Positions 1-8,065 of a stretch of 29,970 nucleotides of DNA are shown here, piece after piece (within the stretch, counting starts at the first letter, position 1; each line of letters begins with the position of its first letter). The notes beneath the pieces are model-generated. The model made no database searches and was not told the origin of the DNA. It was given only the letters and a program-made list of their open reading frames with translations. Source of the DNA: a virus (Duplodnaviria > Caudoviricetes); the IMG/VR virus record IMGVR_UViG_3300002307_000168, positions 1-29,970 of that record; one strand, 5' to 3'. The position numbers were made by a program, and so were the translations under genes.

Positions 1-474
1 ATCACCCTCGACTCAACAGCAAACCTGTCATCGCAGGGGTATGTCAAGATTGATAATGAAGTAATCCTATACCAAAACGTTAGCGGAAATCAGTTATTAA
101 ATTGTTTTCGTGGGCAGAACAACACCACCGCCGCTGCTCACTTAGCAACCGCAGCGGTCTATCAAACGTTTTTGTTAAACGTAAATGTTTGGCCTACGCC
201 AAACGCCCCCGGCGATCAGTACACGTTTATTTATTGGCGCTTGCGCCGCATTCAGGACGTTGGTTCAGGTGTTTCAACTCAAGATATTCCGTTTCGTTTT
301 ATTCCTGCAATGGTTGCAGGACTTGCTTCATACTTATCGGCAAAGATTCCCGGAATCGACATGCAACGGGCGATGGCATTAAAAGTAGATTATGAGCAGC
401 AATTGCAATTAGCTATGGATGAAGACCGTGAAAAGGCTTCTCTTAGGTTTGTTCCAAGATCGCAATTTTATTGA
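1..474 (+). CDS. 5'-truncated virion structural protein, probable head-tail adaptor/tail tubular A-like, with an inserted beta-rich domain
   Basis: Frame +1 is open from base 1 (ITLDSTANLSSQGYVKIDNEVILY...), so the 172 start in the ORF track is internal; C-terminal 'VWPTP...YWRLRRIQD...IPFRFIPAMVAGLA...AMDEDRE' resembles phage adaptor proteins. Confidence 0.6.
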   Translation: MTLDSTANLSSQGYVKIDNEVILYQNVSGNQLLNCFRGQNNTTAAAHLATAAVYQTFLLNVNVWPTPNAPGDQYTFIYWRLRRIQDVGSGVSTQDIPFRFIPAMVAGLASYLSAKIPGIDMQRAMALKVDYEQQLQLAMDEDREKASLRFVPRSQFY

Positions 475-482
475 GGTGATTT

Positions 483-902
483 ATGCCCTCTAAATATGCG
501 TCAGGTAAACATGCAATTGCTGAGTGTGACCGGTGTGGGTTTAGGTTTAAACTTAAAATGTTGCGCCATGAAACAGTAAAGACTAAGCTATACCAAGTTA
601 AGGTTTGTCAGGAATGCTGGAGTCCAGATCACCCTCAGTTGCAACTTGGAATGTATCCCGTTAATGATCCGCAAGCAGTTCGTGGACCACGGCCAGATGT
701 GTCTTATTTGGTTTCTGGAAATAATGGTTTGCAAATTAACTTAATGGGCATTGGCCCTGATGGTTATGGCAACCCGGAGGGTGGCAGCAGGGTGTTTCAA
801 TGGGGCTGGAACCCAGTTGGTTTAGGTTTTGATGATGGTTTAACGCCAAACGATTTGATTGCCACTGGGTCAATTGGCACGGTATTAGTAACTACTTCTT
901 AG
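483..902 (+). CDS. Phage protein with CxxC...CxxC zinc-binding motif
   Basis: CDRC...CQEC; RBS GAGGTG upstream. Confidence 0.8.
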   Translation: MPSKYASGKHAIAECDRCGFRFKLKMLRHETVKTKLYQVKVCQECWSPDHPQLQLGMYPVNDPQAVRGPRPDVSYLVSGNNGLQINLMGIGPDGYGNPEGGSRVFQWGWNPVGLGFDDGLTPNDLIATGSIGTVLVTTS

Positions 903-911
903 GAGCCTCTT

Positions 912-1094
912 ATGGCATACGAACGCAGCGCCGATGGCGTGGTAAAAAAAGGTAAGACTAAGGGCAAAAACCTTGGGAATATTGGCCCAGTTAAGGGTTT
1001 GGAAAAAGGCGGCAAAAAATCCGCTGGTGTTACTGGCAAAGCCATGCGGGCTGTTGGTCGTAACATGGCTCGAGCAAATAACCAAAAAGGTTGA
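912..1094 (+). CDS. Small basic (Lys/Gly-rich) phage protein
   Basis: RBS TAGGAG; 60 aa; fits operon packing. Confidence 0.75.
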   Translation: MAYERSADGVVKKGKTKGKNLGNIGPVKGLEKGGKKSAGVTGKAMRAVGRNMARANNQKG

Positions 1095-1096
1095 TC

Positions 1097-1408
1097 ATGG
1101 GCAAATTTAGTCAAAAAATGATGGGCAAAGAGGTTGGGTCGGCCTCTGTCTATGCTGAACCTCACACAATGGGCGGCGTAAGCTTGAAGGGTTTTGGCAA
1201 AGAAGCTAATAGCGCAAAACAGTCTGCGGCAGGCTCACGCATAGGCGACCCTAATAAACAAAACGCACTGGAAACAAGCCCCACCAGCGGCTCTAAACGG
1301 GTCAGCGCAGGCGATCCCGGGCGAGATGACGTTAAGACATTAGGCATTAAGATTCGTGGCACTGGGTGCGCTACAAAGGGTGTTATGGCTCGTGGGCCAA
1401 TGGGCTAA
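1097..1408 (+). CDS. Small basic phage protein with C-terminal RGxGxATKG motif
   Basis: ATG at 1097 chosen over TTG at 1091; ends IRGTGCATKGVMARGPMG. Confidence 0.75.
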   Translation: MGKFSQKMMGKEVGSASVYAEPHTMGGVSLKGFGKEANSAKQSAAGSRIGDPNKQNALETSPTSGSKRVSAGDPGRDDVKTLGIKIRGTGCATKGVMARGPMG

Positions 1409-1411
1409 GCA

Positions 1412-2059
1412 ATGAATTACACGCAGCTTTCAACGGCCATTAAAGACTATGCAGAGAGTTTTGAACAAGTCTTTGTAGACAACATTCCAAACTTTGTGCA
1501 GCTTGCTGAAGAACGGATTTACAACTCTGTTCAGCTTCCTGCTATTCGCAGAAATGTTACTGGAAATTTGACCGCTGGCGATAAATATCTTTCTTTGCCA
1601 ACAGATTATTTGGCTACATTCTCACTGGCTGTTACGGACAATAATGGCGAGCAACAGTTTTTGCTAGATAAAGACGTAAATTTTATTCGTCAATCATACC
1701 CAAGCGCCAACGACACTGGAATTCCTCGGTATTTTGGTCAGTTTGCTCCTTATACGTTTATCATTGGACCAACACCCGATCAAAACTATGTGGTTGAGCT
1801 TCATCAATACTATTACCCTGAATCGATTGTTACCGCTGGAACTTCTTGGGTTGGCGATAATTTTGAAACGGCATTGCTTTATGGTGCGTTGCGTGAGGCC
1901 GTATTGTTTCAAAAAGGCGAGCAAGATATGGTTGCCTATTATGAAAAAATGTACCAAGAGTCAATGGCTCTATTAAAAGACCTTGGTGATGGTAAAGAGC
2001 GCCGCAGTGCATACCGTGACGGTCAACTTAAACTCCCGGTTCCGGGACCAGTTAGATAA
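1412..2059 (+). CDS. Probable head-tail adaptor / tail tubular protein A-like
   Basis: 'MNYTQL..AI.DY...FVQLAEERI', 'G.PRYF', 'GPTPDQNY.VELHQYY', 'LLYGAL.EA' match the podovirus adaptor pattern as I recall it. Confidence 0.65.
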   Translation: MNYTQLSTAIKDYAESFEQVFVDNIPNFVQLAEERIYNSVQLPAIRRNVTGNLTAGDKYLSLPTDYLATFSLAVTDNNGEQQFLLDKDVNFIRQSYPSANDTGIPRYFGQFAPYTFIIGPTPDQNYVVELHQYYYPESIVTAGTSWVGDNFETALLYGALREAVLFQKGEQDMVAYYEKMYQESMALLKDLGDGKERRSAYRDGQLKLPVPGPVR

Positions 2060-2073
2060 TTTAGGAGCCTATT

Positions 2074-2523
2074 ATGGCAATTACGCAAGCAATGGCAACA
2101 TCGTTTAAGGTTGAAATCCTTGACGGTATTCACAATTTTGGCACAGGCGTTATTCGTGCTTCTACAGCCGCTGACACATTTAAGATTGCTCTGTACACCT
2201 CGGCAGCAACGCTTGATGCAACGACCACTGTTTATACGACCTCTGGTGAAGTTGTAGGTACGGGCTACACCGCTGGTGGTAACACTCTCGCCGTGTCGGT
2301 TGTTCCTGTATCGTCAGGCACTACAGCTTACTTGTCGTTTACAAATAGCTCATGGTCAACAGCAACGATTACTGCTCGTGGCGCAATGATCTACAACAGC
2401 ACACAAGGCAACAAGTGCGTGGCTGTGTTGGACTTTGGCGCTGACAAGGTATCGACTGCTGGTACGTTTACCATTGTGTTCCCAACTGCCGCAGCAGGTA
2501 CAGCTATTATTCAGATTGCATAG
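2074..2523 (+). CDS. Virion structural protein (Thr/Ala-rich beta-sandwich, fibre/filament associated)
   Basis: 'FKIALYTS...GTGYTAGG.TL...TARGAMIYN...VLDFG' motif common in phage structural modules; RBS TAGGAG. Confidence 0.7.
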   Translation: MAITQAMATSFKVEILDGIHNFGTGVIRASTAADTFKIALYTSAATLDATTTVYTTSGEVVGTGYTAGGNTLAVSVVPVSSGTTAYLSFTNSSWSTATITARGAMIYNSTQGNKCVAVLDFGADKVSTAGTFTIVFPTAAAGTAIIQIA

Positions 2524-2532
2524 GCGGTCTAG

Positions 2533-2994
2533 ATGCCATTAGTTCTAGCGGATCGTGTACAGGGCTGTTCTATTTGTAAGGTTGAAAAACCTTTGGGTAG
2601 TTTTTCTAAACATCTTACCGGAAGGTTTGGTGTCAGCAAGACTTGTAAATCATGCAGAAATGAATATCGTAGTAAATATTATCAAGATAATAAAGAAAAA
2701 GAAGGTGCTGCTAACGCTGAATGGTCTAAAAATAATTTGCACAAAAAACGAGAATATCGTGCTAAAAGACGTGCGATTATTTTAAAAGCAACTCCTTTAT
2801 GGGCTAACCATACGGAAATTAAAAACATGTACGCTGAGGCTGATTTTTTGTCTAAAGTAACGGGGATAAAATATGAGGTTGACCATATAATTCCGCTACA
2901 GGGTAAAAATGTTTGTGGTTTTCACGCCCATAATAATTTACAAATTATAAAAATGTCTGACAATCGAAAAAAAGCTGTTAAACATGAAGGGTAG
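2533..2994 (+). CDS. Free-standing HNH homing endonuclease with N-terminal CxxC/CxxC zinc module
   Basis: CSIC...CKSC; ATPLWAN; YEVDHIIPLQGKNVCGFHAHNNLQII..DN HNH core; visibly more AT-rich than its neighbours. Confidence 0.88.
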   Translation: MPLVLADRVQGCSICKVEKPLGSFSKHLTGRFGVSKTCKSCRNEYRSKYYQDNKEKEGAANAEWSKNNLHKKREYRAKRRAIILKATPLWANHTEIKNMYAEADFLSKVTGIKYEVDHIIPLQGKNVCGFHAHNNLQIIKMSDNRKKAVKHEG

Positions 2995-3027
2995 ATAATG
3001 GCTTTAGTACTGGCGGATAGAGTACAA
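2533..3027 (+). repeat. Diverged 30-nt direct repeat (2533-2562 and 2998-3027) encoding M(P/A)LVLADRVQ, flanking the HNH
   Basis: ATGCCATTAGTTCTAGCGGATCGTGTACAG vs ATGGCTTTAGTACTGGCGGATAGAGTACAA: 23/30 nt and 9/10 aa identical. Confidence 0.9.
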
Positions 3028-3489
3028 GAAACAAGTGCCACAACAGGCACGGGTACGCTTACGCTTGCTGGCGCTGTACTGGGATACCAAACGTTTGCTG
3101 CTGGCATTGGCTCGGGCAACACTTGCTACTACACAATCACTAACGCTGCCGGTTCATGGGAAGTTGGTGTTGGCACAGTAGGTACTGGCACTCTAGCTCG
3201 CACAATTGTGTTGTCATCAAGTAACTCTGGGTCACTGGTATCGTTTACCGGCACATTGAATGTGTTTGTCACTTACCCTGCGGGTCGAGCTGTCTACCAA
3301 GACGCTTCTACAGGTGTGGCTTACGCCCCTGAGTTTGCTGCGAGCAACGGATTAATGTTGAGCAACGCTACGATCAATACTAGCTACACCTTCCCAACTG
3401 GGTACAACGCTGTGAGTGCAGGTCCTGTGACCGTAGCATCGGGGGTAGTAGTAACTTTACCCTCGGGAAGCGTATGGGCAATCGTTTAG
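2998..3489 (+). CDS. Fibre-base/structural protein
   Basis: 'MALVLADRVQET..TTGTG', 'WEVGVGT', 'VFVTYPA'; C-terminal module shared with the next gene. Confidence 0.75.
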   Translation: MALVLADRVQETSATTGTGTLTLAGAVLGYQTFAAGIGSGNTCYYTITNAAGSWEVGVGTVGTGTLARTIVLSSSNSGSLVSFTGTLNVFVTYPAGRAVYQDASTGVAYAPEFAASNGLMLSNATINTSYTFPTGYNAVSAGPVTVASGVVVTLPSGSVWAIV

Positions 3490-3498
3490 GAAAATAAA

Positions 3499-3828
3499 AT
3501 GGCACAACCCGGATTTATTAGCGTAGTACCGTACAGCAGCACAACACCCGGTGCGGTTCCGTCTGCTGGCAACATGGTGACTTCTGAGATTGCCGTTAAC
3601 TCGGCTGATCGGTTGATGTACGTCAAAGGTCCGGCGGGGACTGTGGTTACGATTGGTAATGGCGCAACGGGTGCTGGTGGCGATCAAATCTTTGTGCAGA
3701 ACGGTCAGACTGTAACGGCAAGCTATACACTACCAACTGGGTATAACGCCATGACAACCGGTCCTGTATCCATAAATGCGGGGGTTACGGTCACGATCCC
3801 CGATGGCTCTGTTTGGGCGATTATTTAA
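3499..3828 (+). CDS. Short fibre connector protein (T4 gp36/gp37 N-terminal-like module plus C-terminal GPV...GSVWAI module)
   Basis: 'PGAVPSAGNMVTSEIAVNSADRLMYVK' resembles the P..L.EGELAIN..DR.IF.K motif; RBS AGGAAA. Confidence 0.65.
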   Translation: MAQPGFISVVPYSSTTPGAVPSAGNMVTSEIAVNSADRLMYVKGPAGTVVTIGNGATGAGGDQIFVQNGQTVTASYTLPTGYNAMTTGPVSINAGVTVTIPDGSVWAII

Positions 3829-4077
3829 ATGGGCATCCGACTCAAAGCCTTTGCGCTAGGTACGGTTGAGGTCAACCCTGTTGACACAGCATCTAACGTG
3901 TCTGTGAACGTGCAGGCAACGAATGGTGTGTTGTCGTATGCAGACTCGGCTACGGGTGGTTTGTTCTTGCCAGTAGGTACAACGGCACAACGTCCTGCAA
4001 GTCCTGCGACAGGGCAGATGAGATTTAACACCACGACAGGTTCAGTCGAAACCTACAACGGAACTTCTTGGGGCTAA
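3829..4077 (+). CDS. Short fibre protein; anchor-only paralog of 4079..5071
   Basis: Colinear with the first ~85 aa of the next gene, including ADSATG..LPVGTT.QRPASP.TGQ.R.NTTTG..E.YNGT.W, then stops. Confidence 0.85.
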   Translation: MGIRLKAFALGTVEVNPVDTASNVSVNVQATNGVLSYADSATGGLFLPVGTTAQRPASPATGQMRFNTTTGSVETYNGTSWG

Positions 4078-4078
4078 T

Positions 4079-5071
4079 ATGGCTGGGTCAATTAAATTAA
4101 ACGCACCTGCTGGCGGCTCAGTCACACTGAACGCAGTGGATACCGCATCAAACTTTGTAATGTCTGTACCTGCTGCGGCTGGCGTGTTGATTAACGCTGA
4201 TTCAGCGACTGGTGCGGCGCAACTTCCTGTTGGCACTACGGGGCAAAGACCTGCTTCGCCTGTGACTGGGCAATTGCGCTACAACACAACAACGGGCGGC
4301 ACAGAAGTTTATAACGGCACGGCTTGGGCAGCATTAGGTGCGGCGTATGCAGCTTCCATTTTAGTTGTTGGCGGCGGCGGAAGCGGCGGAAGTATTAGCA
4401 ACAACGCAGGCGGTGGCGGCGGTGCAGGTGGATTCGTTACTGCAACTAATTTTGCTTTGCAAAAAGGTATCACTTATACCGTGGTTGTTGGCGCAGGCGG
4501 AGGAAACACATCAACCTTTGGTGGTTTGATTGGCGCTCTTGGTGGTGGTTCTGGAGGTAGTTTTAACGGCAGTGGCGGCACAGGTTCTTCAGGTGGTGGT
4601 GGCGGTGGGGTTAGCAACAGTGGCGGTGGCGCAATTACTTACGGTGTCTCTATTGGTAGGGCTGGCGGTTTAGGTGGAAACGCTGCTGGCGGCGGCGGTG
4701 GCGGGGCTATTGGTGCTGGTTCTAACGGCGGAAACACAACTGGCGGTGCTGGTGGTGCTGGTACTACCTCGTCTATTACTGGAACATCTGTTGCCTATTG
4801 TGGCGGCGGTGGCGGAATGGGGCAAGACGCTGGCGGTGCAGGTGGTTCGGGTGGTGGCGGTGCTGGCGGTGCAAGTGCTGGTGGTACAGCGGGTACTGCA
4901 AATACTGGCGGCGGTGGCGGTGCTGCTAGTGGTGCAGGCGGCTCAGGTGTTGTCATCTTGTCAGTGTTGACATCAAACTACTCTGGAACCACAACAGGCT
5001 CGCCCACAATCACTACATCAGGCGCAAACACAATTATCAAGTTCACGAGCAGCGGCTCGTACACGGCATAA
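4079..5071 (+). CDS. Glycine-rich putative receptor-binding adhesin 1
   Basis: GTT.QRP module followed by polyglycine motifs (VVGGGGSGG...GTAGTANTGGGGG...GGSGVVIL...FTSSGSYTA), reminiscent of T-even gp38-type polyglycine II domains. Confidence 0.75.
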   Translation: MAGSIKLNAPAGGSVTLNAVDTASNFVMSVPAAAGVLINADSATGAAQLPVGTTGQRPASPVTGQLRYNTTTGGTEVYNGTAWAALGAAYAASILVVGGGGSGGSISNNAGGGGGAGGFVTATNFALQKGITYTVVVGAGGGNTSTFGGLIGALGGGSGGSFNGSGGTGSSGGGGGGVSNSGGGAITYGVSIGRAGGLGGNAAGGGGGGAIGAGSNGGNTTGGAGGAGTTSSITGTSVAYCGGGGGMGQDAGGAGGSGGGGAGGASAGGTAGTANTGGGGGAASGAGGSGVVILSVLTSNYSGTTTGSPTITTSGANTIIKFTSSGSYTA

Positions 5072-5080
5072 GGAAAAAAC

Positions 5081-5584
5081 ATGACAGCCAAGAACGAAAC
5101 CTTTGACATGGATATTGAGTTAGCTCATAGCCTGTTTGAGTATCGTGACGGTGCTTTGTACTGGAAGGCTGACGTTGCTCGCAATGTGAAGGCTGGTGAC
5201 CGTGTTGCCAAGAATAGTAATGCACCACGTTTGCGAGTCTGTTATGACGGTAAATTTCACACTATTCACCGTATTATTTTTGCCATGAACCACGGCTACT
5301 ACCCAGAAGTTGTTGACCACATTAACGGCGATGGGCGGGACAATCGGCTTGAAAACCTACGGGCTGCTGATATGAAAACCAACGCTCAGAATCGTAAGCG
5401 TCACACGCAAAATACTAGCGGTATGAAGAATGTCGGATTTAAGTCTGCGAGAAACAGGTGGCGTGTCACGGTTACAAGAAATGACGGCACGACTATGGAT
5501 AAGTTGTTTAAACATTTTGATATTGCCTGTACGGTTGCTGAGTTAGCTCGGTTTAAGTACCACGGCAAATTTGCACGGGCATAG
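5081..5584 (+). CDS. Free-standing HNH homing endonuclease with C-terminal AP2-like region
   Basis: HRIIFAM..G..P.VVDHINGDGRDNRLENLR; NTSG.KNV; W.V; YHGKFAR. Confidence 0.9.
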   Translation: MTAKNETFDMDIELAHSLFEYRDGALYWKADVARNVKAGDRVAKNSNAPRLRVCYDGKFHTIHRIIFAMNHGYYPEVVDHINGDGRDNRLENLRAADMKTNAQNRKRHTQNTSGMKNVGFKSARNRWRVTVTRNDGTTMDKLFKHFDIACTVAELARFKYHGKFARA

Positions 5585-5593
5585 GAGAACGAT

Positions 5594-6538
5594 ATGGTTG
5601 CGACAGTAGGCGGCACAACAGGGTTCGGCCCTCCATCATGGACAACAGCAGGTCGCCCATCAAGCCCTGTAAACGGACAATTGGGGTGGAATAGTACGCT
5701 TGGTCAATTGGAAAGCTGGACGGGATCACAATGGCAGCAGATTACATCGTTGCTGTATAGCGTCAGTTATTTGGCTGTTGCTGGCGGCGGTGGCGGGGGT
5801 TACAGCTATGGTGGCGGTGGTGGTGCTGGTGGGTTTTTAACAGGCACGGTGGCTGCAAACTCTGGATCAGCGTATTCAATTGTCATTGGCGCAGGTGGTT
5901 CTGGGGCTGCATCTAGTTCAGTTGCTGGAGGCAATGGGGTTAATACCACAGGACTTGGAATTACGGCTATTGGCGGCGGCGGTGGTGGCTCTTATAGTGG
6001 CACATTTGTAAGCACCACAGTCGGTCAAGCGGGTGGTTCTGGCGGCGGCGGTTCTGGACAATATGCAGGAACTAATATTTCTGGTGGCGCTGGGACTTCA
6101 GGACAAGGAAATGCCGGAGGCTCTAGCACAGGAACAGCAAATTATGGTACTGGCGGCGGCGGTGGGGCTAGTGCAGTTGGCGGCTCAGGTACTACAACCA
6201 ATAGCGGCGCAGGCGGTGCGGGGTCATCCAGTTCAATTTCAGGCTCTGCCGTAACATATGCAGGCGGCGGTGGTGGAGCTGGTGGTAGTGCTACGGCTGG
6301 CGCTGGTGGCGATGGTGGCGGCGGGGCAGGTGGAACTACTGGCGGTACTGCGGGTACTGCTAACACTGGTGGCGGCGGCGGTGCGGCTGGTGGTGGTTCT
6401 TATGTTGGGGGAGCAGGCGGCTCTGGGATATTTATCATCTCCTACGCAGGCGCACAACGTGGCACAGGCGGCACAGTCACATCAGTCGGTGGCAACACTA
6501 TTCACACATTCACATCATCAGGCACTTACACTGCTTAA
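5594..6538 (+). CDS. Glycine-rich putative receptor-binding adhesin 2
   Basis: WTTAGRPSSP..GQLGWNST...LE.W.G..W module, then a polyglycine domain ending IHTFTSSGTYTA. Confidence 0.75.
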   Translation: MVATVGGTTGFGPPSWTTAGRPSSPVNGQLGWNSTLGQLESWTGSQWQQITSLLYSVSYLAVAGGGGGGYSYGGGGGAGGFLTGTVAANSGSAYSIVIGAGGSGAASSSVAGGNGVNTTGLGITAIGGGGGGSYSGTFVSTTVGQAGGSGGGGSGQYAGTNISGGAGTSGQGNAGGSSTGTANYGTGGGGGASAVGGSGTTTNSGAGGAGSSSSISGSAVTYAGGGGGAGGSATAGAGGDGGGGAGGTTGGTAGTANTGGGGGAAGGGSYVGGAGGSGIFIISYAGAQRGTGGTVTSVGGNTIHTFTSSGTYTA

Positions 6539-6561
6539 TCTGATTTTTAAAGGAGCCCAAC

Positions 6562-6942
6562 ATGGGACATTTTTGTAAGATTGTTGACGGAAAAGTTGCA
6601 ACTGTTATTGTTGCTGAACCAGAGTTTTTTGATACTTTTGTAGACTCGTCACCCGGTCAGTGGTTACAAGTTTCATACAATACCCGTGGTAACGTCCACT
6701 ACGATCCAGCCACAGGTCAACCATCGGCGGATCAATCAAAAGCGTTGAGAGGCAATTACCCCGGCATTGGTTATCACTACGACCCCGTAGCAGACGTTTT
6801 TTATCCGCCACAACCATACGCATCATGGGTACTAAGCCCACACACAGCGTTATGGGAAGCGCCTGTTGCTATGCCTGCTGACGGTAAATCGTACGAGTGG
6901 AATGAAGCCACGACTTCATGGAAAGAATTGGTTGTTGCTTAA
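6562..6942 (+). CDS. Phage protein associated with glycine-rich adhesins (possible fibre assembly/accessory protein)
   Basis: 'V..VIVAE..F', 'W.Q.SYNT', 'RGNYPGIG..YD...D.F.PPQPY.SW.L....W.APV.MP...Y.WNE....W'; RBS AAGGAG. Confidence 0.7.
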   Translation: MGHFCKIVDGKVATVIVAEPEFFDTFVDSSPGQWLQVSYNTRGNVHYDPATGQPSADQSKALRGNYPGIGYHYDPVADVFYPPQPYASWVLSPHTALWEAPVAMPADGKSYEWNEATTSWKELVVA

Positions 6943-6955
6943 TTAAGGAAAGATC

Positions 6956-7912
6956 ATGGCTCTAGTTGTAGGCGGTACTGATTATGTGCAAATGCCGAAC
7001 GGTACAACGGCTCAACGCCCCACTACGCCTGCGGCTGGCATGACTCGCTATAACTCAACGACTAGTTTGCTTGAGTATTACAACGGAACAACGTGGATAA
7101 CTGCTGGTACTGCTTATCCTATAAATTCTCTTGTTGTAGCTGGCGGTGGCGGCGGTGGTTATGGAACAAATGCAACAGGAGGTGGTGGTGGCGCAGGTGG
7201 TTTGTTATTAACTAGCAATTCTATTGCTTTAGTTGCTGGCGTTTCATACACAGTAACTATTGGCGCAGGTGGCGCAGGTTCTACTGGATTATTTAACGGA
7301 ACAAATGGTAGTAATTCTTCATTTGGTGTTGTAGCTGTTGCAACAGGAGGCGGTGGCGCAGGTTTTGGTAATGGCGGTGGTGTTGGTAGTGCAGGAAGTA
7401 ACGGCGGTTCGGGGGGTGGTACAGGACAAAATGCAAGCCCAAGTGGTACAGGCATTTCTGGGCAAGGATTTGCAGGTGGTACAAGTTCAGGAATTCCAAG
7501 TGGCGGCGGTGGCGGCGGTGCTGGTGCTGTTGGTTCTAATGCAACTTCAGCTAGTGTGGCTGGTGCAGGTGGCATTGGTGTTGCTACAAGTATTAGTGGT
7601 TCATCTGTTTATTATGGCGGTGGTGGTGGTGGTGCATCAAACGCTGGAAGTGTTGGCGCTGCGGGTGGGAATGGTGGCGGTGGTAATGGGGGTAGTTATT
7701 CTGGAACTAATGCAGGAACGGCTGGCACAGCGAATACAGGCGGCGGCGGCGGCGGTTCTGGTTCAGCGGCTTCAGCAAATGGCGCAGCAGGCGGTTCAGG
7801 CATTGCAATTATTAGTTATTTTGGTTCGCAACGTGGCACAGGCGGTACAGTCACTACAAGCGGCGGTTATACAATTCACACCTTTACAACTTCTGGAACT
7901 TACACGGCGTAA
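6956..7912 (+). CDS. Glycine-rich putative receptor-binding adhesin 3
   Basis: GTTAQRP module plus polyglycine domain ending IHTFTTSGTYTA. Confidence 0.75.
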   Translation: MALVVGGTDYVQMPNGTTAQRPTTPAAGMTRYNSTTSLLEYYNGTTWITAGTAYPINSLVVAGGGGGGYGTNATGGGGGAGGLLLTSNSIALVAGVSYTVTIGAGGAGSTGLFNGTNGSNSSFGVVAVATGGGGAGFGNGGGVGSAGSNGGSGGGTGQNASPSGTGISGQGFAGGTSSGIPSGGGGGGAGAVGSNATSASVAGAGGIGVATSISGSSVYYGGGGGGASNAGSVGAAGGNGGGGNGGSYSGTNAGTAGTANTGGGGGGSGSAASANGAAGGSGIAIISYFGSQRGTGGTVTTSGGYTIHTFTTSGTYTA

Positions 7913-7915
7913 ATC

Positions 7916-8065
7916 ATGGCTCTTGAAATTCAAAACGTAGATTATCTGCAATACCCTGCTGGCACAACGGCTCAACGCCCGACACCATCGGCGGGAATGA
8001 TGCGCTTTAACACAACGACTGCGCTGATGGAGTATTACAACGGGTCGGCGTGGATAAGTATCTAG
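7916..8065 (+). CDS. 49-aa anchor-only paralog of 6956..7912 (absent from the ORF track)
   Basis: Manual translation MALEIQNVDYLQYPAGTTAQRPTPSAGMMRFNTTTALMEYYNGSAWISI*; ATG 3 nt after the previous stop; colinear with the 6956 N-terminus. Confidence 0.85.
   Translation: MALEIQNVDYLQYPAGTTAQRPTPSAGMMRFNTTTALMEYYNGSAWISI

Noticed and set aside
899-2070. Repeated TTAGGAGCCT at 899 and 2061 as a regulatory element
   Set aside because: Adequately explained as Shine-Dalgarno sequences in front of ATGs; only two copies
2992-2997. Amber readthrough or alternative genetic code fusing the HNH to the next gene
   Set aside because: TAG, TGA and TAA all end genes normally across the window and long ORFs are intact in the standard code; the shared frame has a 1-in-3 chance
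2563-3027. Group I intron or intein interrupting the 2998 gene
   Set aside because: The insert is almost entirely HNH coding sequence, leaving no room for a ribozyme core; it has a stop codon and no intein terminal motifs; the downstream gene has its own complete start
7739-7756. (GGC)n microsatellite as a phase-variation tract
   Set aside because: Triplet unit encoding polyglycine; slippage would not shift the frame
4079-7912. Diversity-generating retroelement acting on the adhesins
   Set aside because: No reverse transcriptase in the window and no ~100-nt near-identical repeat pair differing only at adenines; paralog differences involve all bases
4674-7940. Alternative-frame and antisense ORFs (for example 6142..6366 -, 7159..7575 -, 7338..7940 +)
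   Set aside because: Pro-rich or Val/Ala-rich shadows of GGN-rich polyglycine codons; no RBS or independent motifs
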